A stretch of 64,000 nucleotides of DNA from Thermoanaerobaculia bacterium (GTDB lineage: Bacteria; Acidobacteriota; Thermoanaerobaculia; UBA5066). Positions within the stretch are counted from its first letter, which is position 1; each line of letters begins with the position of its first letter. This document shows, in pieces, positions 36,353 to 49,247 of this stretch. Below the pieces are notes generated by a model. The model saw nothing but the letters and a program-made list of their open reading frames with translations. It ran no database searches and was not told the DNA's origin. Location: assembly GCA_963719225.1 (NCBI GenBank), contig CAVRAY010000001.1:960001-1024000 (forward strand), read 5' to 3'. The translations under genes and the position numbers were made by a program.

Positions 36353-37504
36353 GTGCCGGGCGTCCTCGACTTCGACGTCGAGTTCCCGTCGCGAAGGACC
36401 GCGATCCAGTTCAACCACGCCGCCATCTGTCCGCTTCCCGCCCGCGCGGCCGCGGCGCTGGTCGCGTACGCGCGCAATCTGGCCGATCGCGGAGGCCTCG
36501 ACTGGCGCGACTGGCCGAGGAAGGCCGACGAGGTACGCGCGCTCGCGGCGCGCGTCGTCGGCGCGGACGAGCGGGTCGGAGGAGCGGGGTCGATCTCGAT
36601 CGTGCCGAACACGACGTGGGGCCTCGACATCGTGGCGCAGGGGCTCGCGTTCGAACGCGGTGACTCGGTCGTCACGACGGCGTCGGAGTTCCCCGCCAAT
36701 CTCGCGCCGTGGATCGCGCTGGAGACGAAGGGCGTCTCGGTGCGCCGCGCTCCGACGCGGAACGGAGCGTTCACGGCGGAGGAGGTGGCGGCCGCCTGCG
36801 ACGAGACCACGAGGCTCGTCTCCGTCTCGCTCGTCGCGTATCACACGGGTTTCCGGGCTCCCGTCGAAGAGCTCGGAGCCTTCTGCCGTTCGCGCGGCAT
36901 CGTGTTCGGCCTCGACGCGATCCAGGCCGTGGGCGCCCAGCGCGTGGACGTCGCGGAGTGGAACGTGGATTTCCTGTCCGCGGACGCGCACAAGTGGATG
37001 CTCGGGCCGGAGGGCTGCGGCATCCTCTTCACGACTCCGGATCTCAACGCGCGTCTCACCCCTCCGGCCGGGTGGACGAACCTCAAGCGCGCGCACGGGG
37101 CGGACTTTCACGTTCCCGGAAAGCCGGAGTACGTCAGCGGCGGGCCCCGGTTCGAGCCGGGCGCGCTTCCGACGCCGGGCCTGTACGCGCTCGCCGCATC
37201 GCTCGGGCTTCTCCTCGAGATTGGCTTTCCCGAGATCGAGCGCCGGATCGCGAAGACGCTCGAGGTTCTCGTCGAAGGACTCCCGCGCCTCGGCTTCACG
37301 CCGATTCTCTTCGGCGGACCCCCGCGCTCGGGCATCCTCGCGGCGCGGCCGCCGGCCGGGAAGGACGCGTACTACTACCAGAAGCGCGCCGCCGACGAAA
37401 GGATCGTGATCTCGGCGCGCGAAGGCTTCGTGCGCTTTTCGCCCCACGTCGGCAACGACGAAGAGGAAGCCGGGCGCGTCCTCGCGCTGCTGAAGAGGCT
37501 CTAG
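36353..37504 (+). CDS. Aminotransferase class V-fold PLP enzyme
   Basis: FNHAA, NTT.G, EFPAN, DAIQ, DAHKW (PLP Lys), RFE.G, RFSPH. Confidence 0.85.
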   Translation: MPGVLDFDVEFPSRRTAIQFNHAAICPLPARAAAALVAYARNLADRGGLDWRDWPRKADEVRALAARVVGADERVGGAGSISIVPNTTWGLDIVAQGLAFERGDSVVTTASEFPANLAPWIALETKGVSVRRAPTRNGAFTAEEVAAACDETTRLVSVSLVAYHTGFRAPVEELGAFCRSRGIVFGLDAIQAVGAQRVDVAEWNVDFLSADAHKWMLGPEGCGILFTTPDLNARLTPPAGWTNLKRAHGADFHVPGKPEYVSGGPRFEPGALPTPGLYALAASLGLLLEIGFPEIERRIAKTLEVLVEGLPRLGFTPILFGGPPRSGILAARPPAGKDAYYYQKRAADERIVISAREGFVRFSPHVGNDEEEAGRVLALLKRL

Positions 37505-37505
37505 C

Positions 37506-38972
37506 TTGAAGCGACCTTCCGGGCCGGGGTTTGCCGCGGCGGCGCTCGGCGTGGTTTTCCTCTCCTACACCGTGGTCCGTGCGGTGCGCGTGCCGCTCAC
37601 GTGTGACGAAGCCTTCACGGGGAACCACTGGGTGGACCGGGGTCCGCTCGCAGCCCTGACGTTCGATGGTCCCGTGCGGTCGAACAATCATCTCCTCAAC
37701 TCACTCCTTTCGACGGTTTCCCAAGCGGTCTTCGGGCGGACCCCGTTCGCGCTGCGTCTTCCGAACCTGATCGCGCACGCGGTCTTTCTGTTCGCGTCCT
37801 GGCGCCTCCTGTCGCGCGTCGCGGGAGGGGGCGTGGCCCTCGCCGCATTCGCCCTTCTGAACGGAAACCCCCTTCTTCTCGAGCTCTTCGGCCTCGCGCG
37901 CGGATACGGGCTCGCCCTCGGTTTCGTGGCGCCCGCTCTCTCGTATGCCGTGCGCGCGTTCGAGGCCGAGGAGATTCCTTTGCGGGAAGAAGCCGCGTGT
38001 TACGGGCTTCTCGTCAGCGGTGTTCTGGCCCAACTCATCGTCCTCGACGTGTTCGTGGCCGTCGCCGCGACGTTCGCCGTGTCGAGGTTCGTCCGGCTCA
38101 GCCGGTTCCGGGCGGAGGGGCGGCTGCGTCGGGCCGCGCGGGAGAGCATCCCGGTCGTTGCCGCCTCGCTCTTTCTCCTCGCGACGGCGATGCCCATCAT
38201 CGTGTACCTGCGGCGCTCCGGCGCGCTCGACTTCGGAGGAACCGTCGGGCTCTGGTACGACACGGCCGGCTCCGTCGTCCGGATCTCGATGCTCAACCTC
38301 TCTCCTTCGTTCGTCCGGGCGACGCTCGCCGCGTTGGGGACGGCTCTTGCCGCGCTCACGGCCCTCGCGGCATTCCGGCTCGTTCGCCCGAAGGCCGGGG
38401 GACGCGTTTTTCTCGGACTCTTTTCGATCCTCGTCAGCGCGGGCGCGGCCGTTCAGGCCCAGCACGTCGTCTTCGGCGCGAGATTCCCCGAGAACCGCAT
38501 CGCGATCGTCTTCCTGCCGCTCTTCGTTTTCGTTGCGGCCGCCGCCTGCGGTGCGGCCCCGTCTCCGCTCGATCGCGTTGCCGGATCGGCCCTGGGGGTT
38601 GCGGGCCTGTTGGCTCTCGCCTTGTTCGCGCGGCGCGCGAATCTTTCGCATTCGGATCTCTGGTGGTTCGACGCGGATAACGTCCGCATGCTCGAAGACC
38701 TCGACCGGCTGCGGCTGAGCCGTCCCGGCGCGTTCCATTCCGTGCGCCTTTCCGCCACCGATTCCATGGAGCCTTCGCTCAACTGGTACCGGAAGACGGA
38801 CGAGTTCGGGTTCCTCGCGCCGGTCTCGCACGACGGTCCGTTCCGGGCCGCGGACTACACGTTCGTCTTCGGCCAGGAGGAGGGCGAGGCCGTCCGTCGC
38901 GGATATCGCGTTCTCGCGCGATATCCGGGGACCGGAAACGTCCTCCTCGAGCCCCCGCCGTCAGCGCGTTGA
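37506..38972 (+). CDS. Polytopic membrane protein, GT-C (ArnT/PMT-like) glycosyltransferase
   Basis: DE in first loop (TCDEAFT), NNHLLNS, ALRLP, ARGYG; many TM segments. Confidence 0.65.
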   Translation: MKRPSGPGFAAAALGVVFLSYTVVRAVRVPLTCDEAFTGNHWVDRGPLAALTFDGPVRSNNHLLNSLLSTVSQAVFGRTPFALRLPNLIAHAVFLFASWRLLSRVAGGGVALAAFALLNGNPLLLELFGLARGYGLALGFVAPALSYAVRAFEAEEIPLREEAACYGLLVSGVLAQLIVLDVFVAVAATFAVSRFVRLSRFRAEGRLRRAARESIPVVAASLFLLATAMPIIVYLRRSGALDFGGTVGLWYDTAGSVVRISMLNLSPSFVRATLAALGTALAALTALAAFRLVRPKAGGRVFLGLFSILVSAGAAVQAQHVVFGARFPENRIAIVFLPLFVFVAAAACGAAPSPLDRVAGSALGVAGLLALALFARRANLSHSDLWWFDADNVRMLEDLDRLRLSRPGAFHSVRLSATDSMEPSLNWYRKTDEFGFLAPVSHDGPFRAADYTFVFGQEEGEAVRRGYRVLARYPGTGNVLLEPPPSAR

Positions 38973-39950
38973 GATCGGGAGCGGGGGCAGCTCGGGGGTC
39001 GTCGGACCCGGGCGGAAGGCGGCCGCCCCGATCCAGTCCACGTCGAGGATGAAGATCCGGGGATCCCTGGGCACCCAGCGCTCGTTCGCGAGGCGGTGCA
39101 CCTCGTAATGGAGACGTGGTGTCAGGGCGAAGCCCGTCATGCCGACGCGGCCAATCGAACCTCCACGCGCCACGCGCTCGCCCTTCCTGACGAGCGGCGC
39201 GGCGAGGTGACCGTACAGCGTGCGCGTGCGGGCGTCATGGGCCAGAACGACGATCGTTCCGAGGCGCCGCCAGGTGGCGTCCGCGTGCCTTGAAACGGGA
39301 CCCGCGTAAACGACGAGACCCGCGGCGGGCGCCGTGACCCTCGTTCCCGCGGGCGACGCGAGCGTCAGTCCCGCGCAGAACTCGTCCCGGCGCGTGACCT
39401 CGGATGCGTGCCAGCCGAACAGCTCGATCGGTACCGACGAAGAGGGCTCGACCGGGGACCGCGAAGGCACGGAGAGCAGGTCGAAGCCGGAAGGATGGGA
39501 GCCCGGCAAGGCGGCGAGACGCCGCCGGAACGATTCGAAGATTCGGGCTCGCCGGGCGAGGTCCGCGGCCTCCGACTCCATCGCCGCGGGATTGCGGGGA
39601 ACCGCCTCCCGGGCTTCCGCGGGAAAACCATTGGGCAGCGGGACTTCGAGGATCGCTCCGACCCGCGCGAGGAAGAGCTCGTCCGTCGCGAGACGGTTGC
39701 CGAGCGCGAGAGCGCGGCGGCCGACGGACGCGAACGATTCGGCGCCCCGCTGGGCGGTCTCGCGGATCGCGCGGCGGTCGGCGGCATTCACCGCGTCCGA
39801 CACGACGTGAGGGGCAGCCGCCAGACCGAACACGACCGAAGCTCCGCTCGCAAGGAGGAATCCCGCGAAGGCGGCGCCGCCGAACGCGCCGATCTCGAGA
39901 GAGCGGCTCTTTTTTCCCGGATCGCCCGGGTGGAGGCGCAGGAGGCTCAT
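38961..39950 (-). CDS. M23/LytM-domain protein with degenerate active site
   Basis: GT.V.APAAG.V, TLYGHL, V.KGERV.RG, G.TG...LHYEV; N-terminal TM and coiled coil. Confidence 0.78.
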   Translation of the reverse strand: MSLLRLHPGDPGKKSRSLEIGAFGGAAFAGFLLASGASVVFGLAAAPHVVSDAVNAADRRAIRETAQRGAESFASVGRRALALGNRLATDELFLARVGAILEVPLPNGFPAEAREAVPRNPAAMESEAADLARRARIFESFRRRLAALPGSHPSGFDLLSVPSRSPVEPSSSVPIELFGWHASEVTRRDEFCAGLTLASPAGTRVTAPAAGLVVYAGPVSRHADATWRRLGTIVVLAHDARTRTLYGHLAAPLVRKGERVARGGSIGRVGMTGFALTPRLHYEVHRLANERWVPRDPRIFILDVDWIGAAAFRPGPTTPELPPLPISTR

Positions 39951-41956
39951 GGGCCCGCGGGCAGCACGGTGGGACCGCTCCCGACCTGGACGCCGAGAAG
40001 GCGGGTGTCCTGGCGTGACGTCGGGCGGAAGGGATCTTCGGCGCGGATTCGAAGGATGCCGCGCCTTCCGGGGGAGACCTTGAGCTCGATCTGCTTCCAC
40101 TGGCCCGAAGGCAGCGACACGCGCCCGCGCGGCGTGTCGTCGAAGAAGACCTCGAGGACCGCGGGACGACCGTCGGGTCGGGCGTTCCGGACGGGGAGTG
40201 CGAGCACGATCGGATCCGATCCGTCGACGGGCGCGGGCCGTTCGATGGCCCATGCCGCGGAGGCGCCGGTCCATCGGAAAGGTCGGCCGTCCGAACCAGG
40301 CTCGGCGTCGTAGACGCCGGCGGTCGTGGAATTCCGGAACGCGTCCTCCGCGGTCCGGGTATCCCAGGCTCGCGCGAGGGCTCCCCCGATCGCGCAAACG
40401 AGCGCGCCCGCGAGGACGACCGGTACGACGGCGACGAGGAACCGTCCCGTATGGCCTTCCTCGCGGAGCGGCAGCCGGGCCGTGAGCAGCCCGACGAGAG
40501 CGGCGATCTCGGTATAGACGAGATGCGAACCGAACAGGAACACGACCCCGAGCCCGATCATCGACGCCGCGGCTGCGGCGCGCAACACGGTTTCGTCGTC
40601 GTGGAAGTCGCCCTCGAGCGTGAGAGCGCGGCCCGTGGAGCGCACGACGCCGAGCAGGAGAAGCGCGAGCAGCGACGCGCCGGCGAGGCCGGATTCCGCG
40701 AGCGTTCCGAGGTAAAGGGACGGCGGGTGGTCGCTCGTGTGCACGACGCGGCCGAGCGCCTTCCAGGCGACATCGGGAAACACCCAGCGGAACGCGCCCA
40801 GTCCGACGCCCGTGACGGGGTGCTCCCGAAAGGCCTCCCACGCCCCTTCGTAGAGGAGAAGACGTCCCCGTGTCTCCTCGAACGGCGTCGGCTGTGTCCG
40901 GAACGGGGCCTCGAGCCGGGCGAGGAGCGCCGAACGGACGGCTCCGCGATTCGGCCACGAGAGCGCGGCCGCCAGCACGAGCGCCGAGAGGATGGCCAGA
41001 GCTCCGATCGTGCCGGCCACGCGCCGGCGAGCGCCCCCGCTTTCGCCCGCGGCGAGACGCGTGAGTCCCCACAGCACGAAGACGAGAGTCGCCGTGACGG
41101 TCCCCACGAGCCCGGCCCGCGAGCCCGCGTCCGCGAGGACGACGAGGAGCGAGGCGCCCGCTGCGGACGCGAGGAGCCTCCGCGCGACGCTGCCGGTGGC
41201 CGCGAGGGCGAGGAGAGGGACGATCAGGAGCGCGACGGCGACGCCCGCCGCCGAGGGGTCCGTAAACGTGCTCTGCGCACGGTGCCAGTCGGCCCATCTC
41301 CGGGAGCGGAGGAGCGGCAGAGCGCCCGTCTTCTGAAGGAGAGCCACTCCGCCCGCGAGGAGGGCGCTCGCGAGGAGGGCACGATCCAGAACGGCGGAAC
41401 TCGCCTCCGCGACGAACCGGGCGGCGATCCGGTGCATGCCCACGGCGACGAGCAGCGGAAGCAGGGCGGCGAGGACACCCGGAAGAACCTGGCTCGCGTC
41501 TTCGCCGAGAACGTTGACCGCGAAGGGCGGCCCGATGCCGCGGACGAGGAGATAGCTCGTGCGAAGCCCGACGAAGGCCGCTGCGCCGGAGACCGCCGAG
41601 ACGGCTGCGAACGCGCGAAGGGGCAGGAGCAGAGCCGGGCGCCTGACCGGACGGTGGATGTCGTAGAGGTCCTTCAGACTCGCTCCGGCGAAATAACCGA
41701 AGAGGACGAGGGGCGTTGCGGCCAGGGGCTCGTTCGTGCCGAAAGCGAGGGCAGAGACGCCGCCGAGCGTCGCTGCCGAAAACGCGAGGACGAAAGCGGC
41801 CTTCGGCGCCGCGAGCGCCGTGCCGAAGAGGACGAGCGCCGTGAGGGCCACCGCCGTCCGATAGCCCGCCAGGGGCGGCAGGAGGACCGGAAAAGTGAAG
41901 GCCAAGAGAGCGGCCCAGCCGAGGCAGCCCAGCAGCGCGGCCGCCGGCCGGCTCAT
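39947..41956 (-). CDS. O-antigen ligase/Wzy_C family membrane protein
   Basis: RAQSTFTDP, GSRAG, P.TGVGLGAF, SDHPPSLYLGTLAESGLAG; C-terminal soluble domain with FRWT. Confidence 0.75.
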   Translation of the reverse strand: MSRPAAALLGCLGWAALLAFTFPVLLPPLAGYRTAVALTALVLFGTALAAPKAAFVLAFSAATLGGVSALAFGTNEPLAATPLVLFGYFAGASLKDLYDIHRPVRRPALLLPLRAFAAVSAVSGAAAFVGLRTSYLLVRGIGPPFAVNVLGEDASQVLPGVLAALLPLLVAVGMHRIAARFVAEASSAVLDRALLASALLAGGVALLQKTGALPLLRSRRWADWHRAQSTFTDPSAAGVAVALLIVPLLALAATGSVARRLLASAAGASLLVVLADAGSRAGLVGTVTATLVFVLWGLTRLAAGESGGARRRVAGTIGALAILSALVLAAALSWPNRGAVRSALLARLEAPFRTQPTPFEETRGRLLLYEGAWEAFREHPVTGVGLGAFRWVFPDVAWKALGRVVHTSDHPPSLYLGTLAESGLAGASLLALLLLGVVRSTGRALTLEGDFHDDETVLRAAAAASMIGLGVVFLFGSHLVYTEIAALVGLLTARLPLREEGHTGRFLVAVVPVVLAGALVCAIGGALARAWDTRTAEDAFRNSTTAGVYDAEPGSDGRPFRWTGASAAWAIERPAPVDGSDPIVLALPVRNARPDGRPAVLEVFFDDTPRGRVSLPSGQWKQIELKVSPGRRGILRIRAEDPFRPTSRQDTRLLGVQVGSGPTVLPAGP

Positions 41957-43901
41957 CGCGGATCTCCCGGAGCGACGCGTACGAAGAGCGTGCGGAAATC
42001 GGAGCTGCCCGTGAGCTCGTGCGGGACGAACGTCGGGCGTCCGCTCAGGCGAACGACCCGCGCGCCCGCGGTTACCGGCACGTCCAAATCGCGCACGGCA
42101 TTCGCGGGAACCTCGATCGAAGGTTCGCTTCTTCCGTCGACGTCGATCGCGAGCGTCACCGAAGCTCCGTCCGGGCGCGCATTCTCGACGCGGAAGGACA
42201 CGGAGGTCTCGCCGGGGCGGATCTCCCGACAAACGCGCGGACCGCTCCAGCGGAACGGGTTCGGCGCTCTTCCGGCCGGGTACAGGCCGATCCAGCGTCC
42301 GAGCCGGAACGGCGCGGAAGGACGGGCCGTGGGGAGGACCGCGAGGATCGCTCCGAGGATACCCGCCGCCGCGAGGATGCCCGGAACGTGGGCTCCGTTC
42401 TCCGGCTCGGGCGGGAGTTCGCGCTCCCCGGGACGCGGCACGAAGAGAAACGCCGCAATGAGCCCCGTGAAGAGGCCGATCTCCGTGAAGCGCAGGTGCG
42501 ATCCCGTCTGGCAGGCGACGAGGAAGGCGAGAAGCGCGGCGCCGGCTCCGCGCACCGCAGGATCGAGAGGAGACTTCGAAAAGGCCGCCCTCCACGCGCG
42601 GGACACGAGCGGAGCCACGGCGCAAAGAGCGAGGACGAGTCCGGGAAGCCCGCACTCAGCGGCGACCTCGAGGAGAGCATTCGTCGCGCCGTCGGTCACG
42701 AGGATCTCGCCGTGGCGGCGCGCGTACGCGACCGGGAATTCGTACGGGAACCCGGCCAGACCGATTCCCGAGAGCGGCTCATCCCACGTCATCTCGAGAG
42801 CCGTCCGCCAGAAAAGCGTGCGATGGTTCGCGAGGTCGGCGAAGCTCGACGACGACAGGCCCGCTCCGAGACGCTGCAGGAGGCCGCCGGCCGCGATGCC
42901 GCCACCGCGCGGCAGGACCCGAACGAGGACGCCCCCGGCGACCAGGAGGGCGAGAAGCGCCGCACCGAGCGCTTTCGGGGAAACGGCCTTCGCGCGCGAA
43001 AGCCCGATCGCGCCGAGCACGAGTCCCGCTCCACCGAGGAGAAGCCCGGTGCGCGACCCGGAGGCCTCGAGCGCGACAGGCGCGGCCACGAGCCCGACGA
43101 GCGCGAGGGCGCGCCGGCCGGCGTCCGTCGGAGAGCCGCGCCGCACGAGGGCCGCGAAGAGAAGAGGCACGAGGAGGCCGATGCCGACCCCGAGGGCGTT
43201 CGGGTCCGTGAACGTCCCCGCCCGGCGATGCATGTCGGACCAGGGACGGAAAGTCGGATCGAGAGGAGCGAAGCGGCTCGACGCGGCGAAGACGAAAGCG
43301 GCTGCCGCGCCCGCGACGGTCGCGAGGAGGAGGCGGTCGGCGTCCGGGGAGGAGCGGGAAAAACGCGCGAAGACCTCGAGCGCGACGAGCAGGAGGACGA
43401 GTCCGAGAAACGTGAGGATCGCGGCGCGGCTTCTGTCGGCGGCCGTCATGCCGAGCGTGTTCACACTCAGCGGTTCGACCCGGCCTCGGAACAGAAGGTA
43501 GAGCGTCTCGCCGCGCGCGACCGAGGCGGCCGCCGAGAAAGCGGCGAGCGTGAGGAATGCGGCGGCGTACCGCCGGAGGGAAAGCGGAAGGAGAGAGTCT
43601 TCTCCACGCGAGATCGAGCCCGCGAGCGCGCTTCCGAGCACGGCCAGCGCCAGCGCGGCGAGGACGGGCGGCCCGGATCGGTCTCCCGAAAGGCGCGCGA
43701 GGCCGGGCGCGAGCGGGATCAGGAACGCGAGCGCCGGAACCGCGATCCGGGGTCGAAGAAAGCCGACCGCGAGTCCGGCGGCCGAAAGGCCGAGCGCGAC
43801 GGTGCGCGTGGCCTGCGCCGTCGAGGCCGGGAACGAGCCGAAAGCCAGGGCGAGGAGCACGATCGTCGCGCCGAAGGCCAGAGCCCCGCGGCGCGCCGGA
43901 G

Positions 43902-43905
<4 letters not shown>
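41953..43905 (-). CDS. O-antigen ligase/Wzy_C family membrane protein (paralog of the neighbour); start uncertain
   Basis: [35 protein letters not shown]; start either CTG 43905 or GTG 43860. Confidence 0.72.
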
Positions 43906-47117
<3,212 letters not shown>

Positions 47118-47225
47118 CGGTCGAGGGAGTTTACGGGAAGCGCTGGTGGCGTGTGGCGCCCGCGGCGCGCCCGAGTTAGAGTCTCGTGTGAGTCGTTGAA
47201 GAGAAAGAAGAGGAGATTTCTGAGA

Positions 47226-47921
47226 ATGAGAAGAGGACTTTGGAACGCTCTCGTCGGGTTCGGAATCGCAGCGGTCGCACTCATGGCGGCGCCGACCGCT
47301 CTCTCCTCTTCCAGGAAGACACCCACTCCCGCCGCCGAGGCGTCCGCCGCGAAAACCTCTTCGAACAAGTCCGCAAAGACCGAGAAGATCAACCTGAACA
47401 CCGCCGACGAGAAGATGATCGCCGGGGCGAAGGGCGTCGGGGACAAGCTCGCGCAGGAGCTCGTGAAGAACCGCCCGTACCGGACGTGGGAAGAGGTCTC
47501 GAAGGTCAAGGGCGTCGGCTCGGGCAAGAAGCTCGAATCCTTGAAGAAGGTCCTCAAGCTGAGCGAGGGCGTCGGGACGACCGCCGCAAAGGAAGAGCCG
47601 GCTGCGGTGAAAAGGGAGACGAAGGGCACGGGCAAGGCGACAGAGTCCGCCTCGCCCTCTTCACCTTCTAAGAAATCTTCTTCTTCTTCTTCTTCTTCTT
47701 CCTCGTCAGCGAAGCTCGCGCCCGGCACGAAGATCAACATCAACACGGCCACGAGGGAAGAGCTCGAAACGCTGCCGGAGATCGGTCCGGTGAAGGCGCA
47801 GGCCATCGTGGATTACCGCAACGCGAACGGGAGGTTCGCCGCGCCCGAGGACGTCATGAAGGTGACGGGTATCAAGGAAGGCACGTTCGCCAAGATCAAG
47901 GACTACATCGTCGTGAAGTGA
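47226..47921 (+). CDS. Exported ComEA-like protein with two helix-hairpin-helix domains
   Basis: Signal peptide; KINLNTA...GVG and [29 protein letters not shown]; Ser-rich linker. Confidence 0.85.
   Translation: MRRGLWNALVGFGIAAVALMAAPTALSSSRKTPTPAAEASAAKTSSNKSAKTEKINLNTADEKMIAGAKGVGDKLAQELVKNRPYRTWEEVSKVKGVGSGKKLESLKKVLKLSEGVGTTAAKEEPAAVKRETKGTGKATESASPSSPSKKSSSSSSSSSSSAKLAPGTKININTATREELETLPEIGPVKAQAIVDYRNANGRFAAPEDVMKVTGIKEGTFAKIKDYIVVK
47655..47702 (+). repeat. CACCTTCTAAGAAATC followed by (TCT)8, encoding SPSKK plus poly-Ser in the ComEA linker
   Basis: Same core motif as in hemC and at 62694-62796; opposite-strand variant at 47198-47226. Confidence 0.65.
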
Positions 47922-48283
47922 TGGGACTTCTCGACGCGCTCATGAATCAGGTCGCCGCCGTGGTGGGGGGCGACGATCCCCGGCATCAGACTCTCGCGAG
48001 CGAGATTTGCAACATGGTCACGGGGCGGGGGGGCCCCGGCCTTCAGCGCCTCCTGGATCTCTTCTACCAGAAGGGGCTCGGCGACGAGATCTCCTCGTGG
48101 ATCTCGAAGCACCCGAACCTGCCGATCACGCCCGAGCAGATTCAAGGCGTTCTCGGCGATGAAAAGGTGAAGGAGCTCGCGGAAAAAGCGGGAATGTCGA
48201 CGCAGGAAGCGAGCGAAGCGCTCTCACGGATGCTTCCGCGGATCGTCGACATGGCGACGCCGACCGGCCGTGCGCCCGGATGA
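47921..48283 (+). CDS. YidB family protein
   Basis: MGLLD, GL..L...F...GLGD..SSWIS..NLPIT, LP.IVD..TP.G. Confidence 0.85.
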   Translation: MGLLDALMNQVAAVVGGDDPRHQTLASEICNMVTGRGGPGLQRLLDLFYQKGLGDEISSWISKHPNLPITPEQIQGVLGDEKVKELAEKAGMSTQEASEALSRMLPRIVDMATPTGRAPG

Positions 48284-48304
48284 CGGTGAAGTAGGATCGC
48301 CGGC

Positions 48305-48718
48305 ATGGGTCTTCTGGACGAGGTGATGAGTCAGTTCGGCGCGGCGACCGGGCGGCCGATCGAGCCCGGGCACCACGGCCTCGCGCGGGAGCTCCTGGGT
48401 ATGTTCGCTCCGTCGGGGATGTCCGGAGGCCTCGCGAACCTCATCAACATCTGTCACCAGCGCGGGCTCGGCGACGCCGTGAACTCCTGGATCTCGACCG
48501 GCGAGAACCTGCCCATCACCGCCGAGCAGGTGAAGACCATCCTGGGGAGCTCGGAAATCCAGTCGCTCGCGTCGCGTGCCGGGATCGACCCGGACGCGAC
48601 GGTCGCGGCGTGCGCGCGGATCCTCCCTCTTCTCGTCGACAAGGCCACGCCCGACGGACGGATCCCCTCCACGGGCGAGCTCCTCCGCACGATTTCGGGG
48701 TCCTTCAAGAAGAGCTGA
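48305..48718 (+). CDS. YidB family protein (tandem paralog)
   Basis: MGLLD, GGL..L, GLGDAVNSWISTGENLPIT, LP.LVDKATPDG. Confidence 0.87.
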   Translation: MGLLDEVMSQFGAATGRPIEPGHHGLARELLGMFAPSGMSGGLANLINICHQRGLGDAVNSWISTGENLPITAEQVKTILGSSEIQSLASRAGIDPDATVAACARILPLLVDKATPDGRIPSTGELLRTISGSFKKS

Positions 48719-48732
48719 GGCCGGAGGCCGCC

Positions 48733-49158
48733 ATGCTCATCGGCGCCCACTCGATCCTCTACAGCGCGAGTCCCGAAGCAGATCGCGCGTTCCTGCGCGA
48801 CGTCCTCGGGCTCCGGGGCGTCGACGTGGGCGGCGGGTGGTTGATCTTCGGCCTGCCGCCGGCCGAGCTCGCCGTGCATCCGTCCGACGTCAACGACGTG
48901 CACGAGTTCTACCTGATGTGCGACGACGTCGACTCCCTCGTCTCGGAAATGAAGAAGCGCTCGGTCGTCTGTTCTCCCGTCCAGGACCAGGGTTGGGGCC
49001 GTCTCACCCACCTCACGCTCCCCGGCGGCGGGAAGCTCGGCATCTACCAGCCGCGACACGCGCGGCCGAAAACGGCGCGGGCCGCGAGAAAGCCGGCCGC
49101 GGCCGCGAAAAGGCGTGCGAGCCAGAGGAAGCCGAGCCGCGGGAGGAAAAGGACGTAG
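48733..49158 (+). CDS. VOC/glyoxalase superfamily protein
   Basis: GAHSILYS..PEADRAF.RDVLG, LPPAELAVHP, FYLMCDD, DQGWG; GGAGG RBS. Confidence 0.82.
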   Translation: MLIGAHSILYSASPEADRAFLRDVLGLRGVDVGGGWLIFGLPPAELAVHPSDVNDVHEFYLMCDDVDSLVSEMKKRSVVCSPVQDQGWGRLTHLTLPGGGKLGIYQPRHARPKTARAARKPAAAAKRRASQRKPSRGRKRT

Positions 49159-49193
49159 CTCGCGTATCGCCGACCAGCGTTCCGGATCGGGCT

Positions 49194-49209
49194 TGATGCA
49201 TCTGAGAGA
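49194..49209 (+). promoter_or_regulatory. TGATGCA half-site 39 nt before -10 TACGAT (49233-49238) of lysC
   Basis: Same spacing as the hemN and ccsA sites; right half degenerate (TGAGAGA). Confidence 0.45.
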
Positions 49210-49247
49210 TCCTCCCGCGGGCGTGCGGGCGGTACGATGCCGCGGCC

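Noticed and set aside
47676-47699. (TCT)8 as a phase-variation tract
   Set aside because: The triplet unit keeps the frame, so it would only alter linker length; counted under the dispersed element instead.
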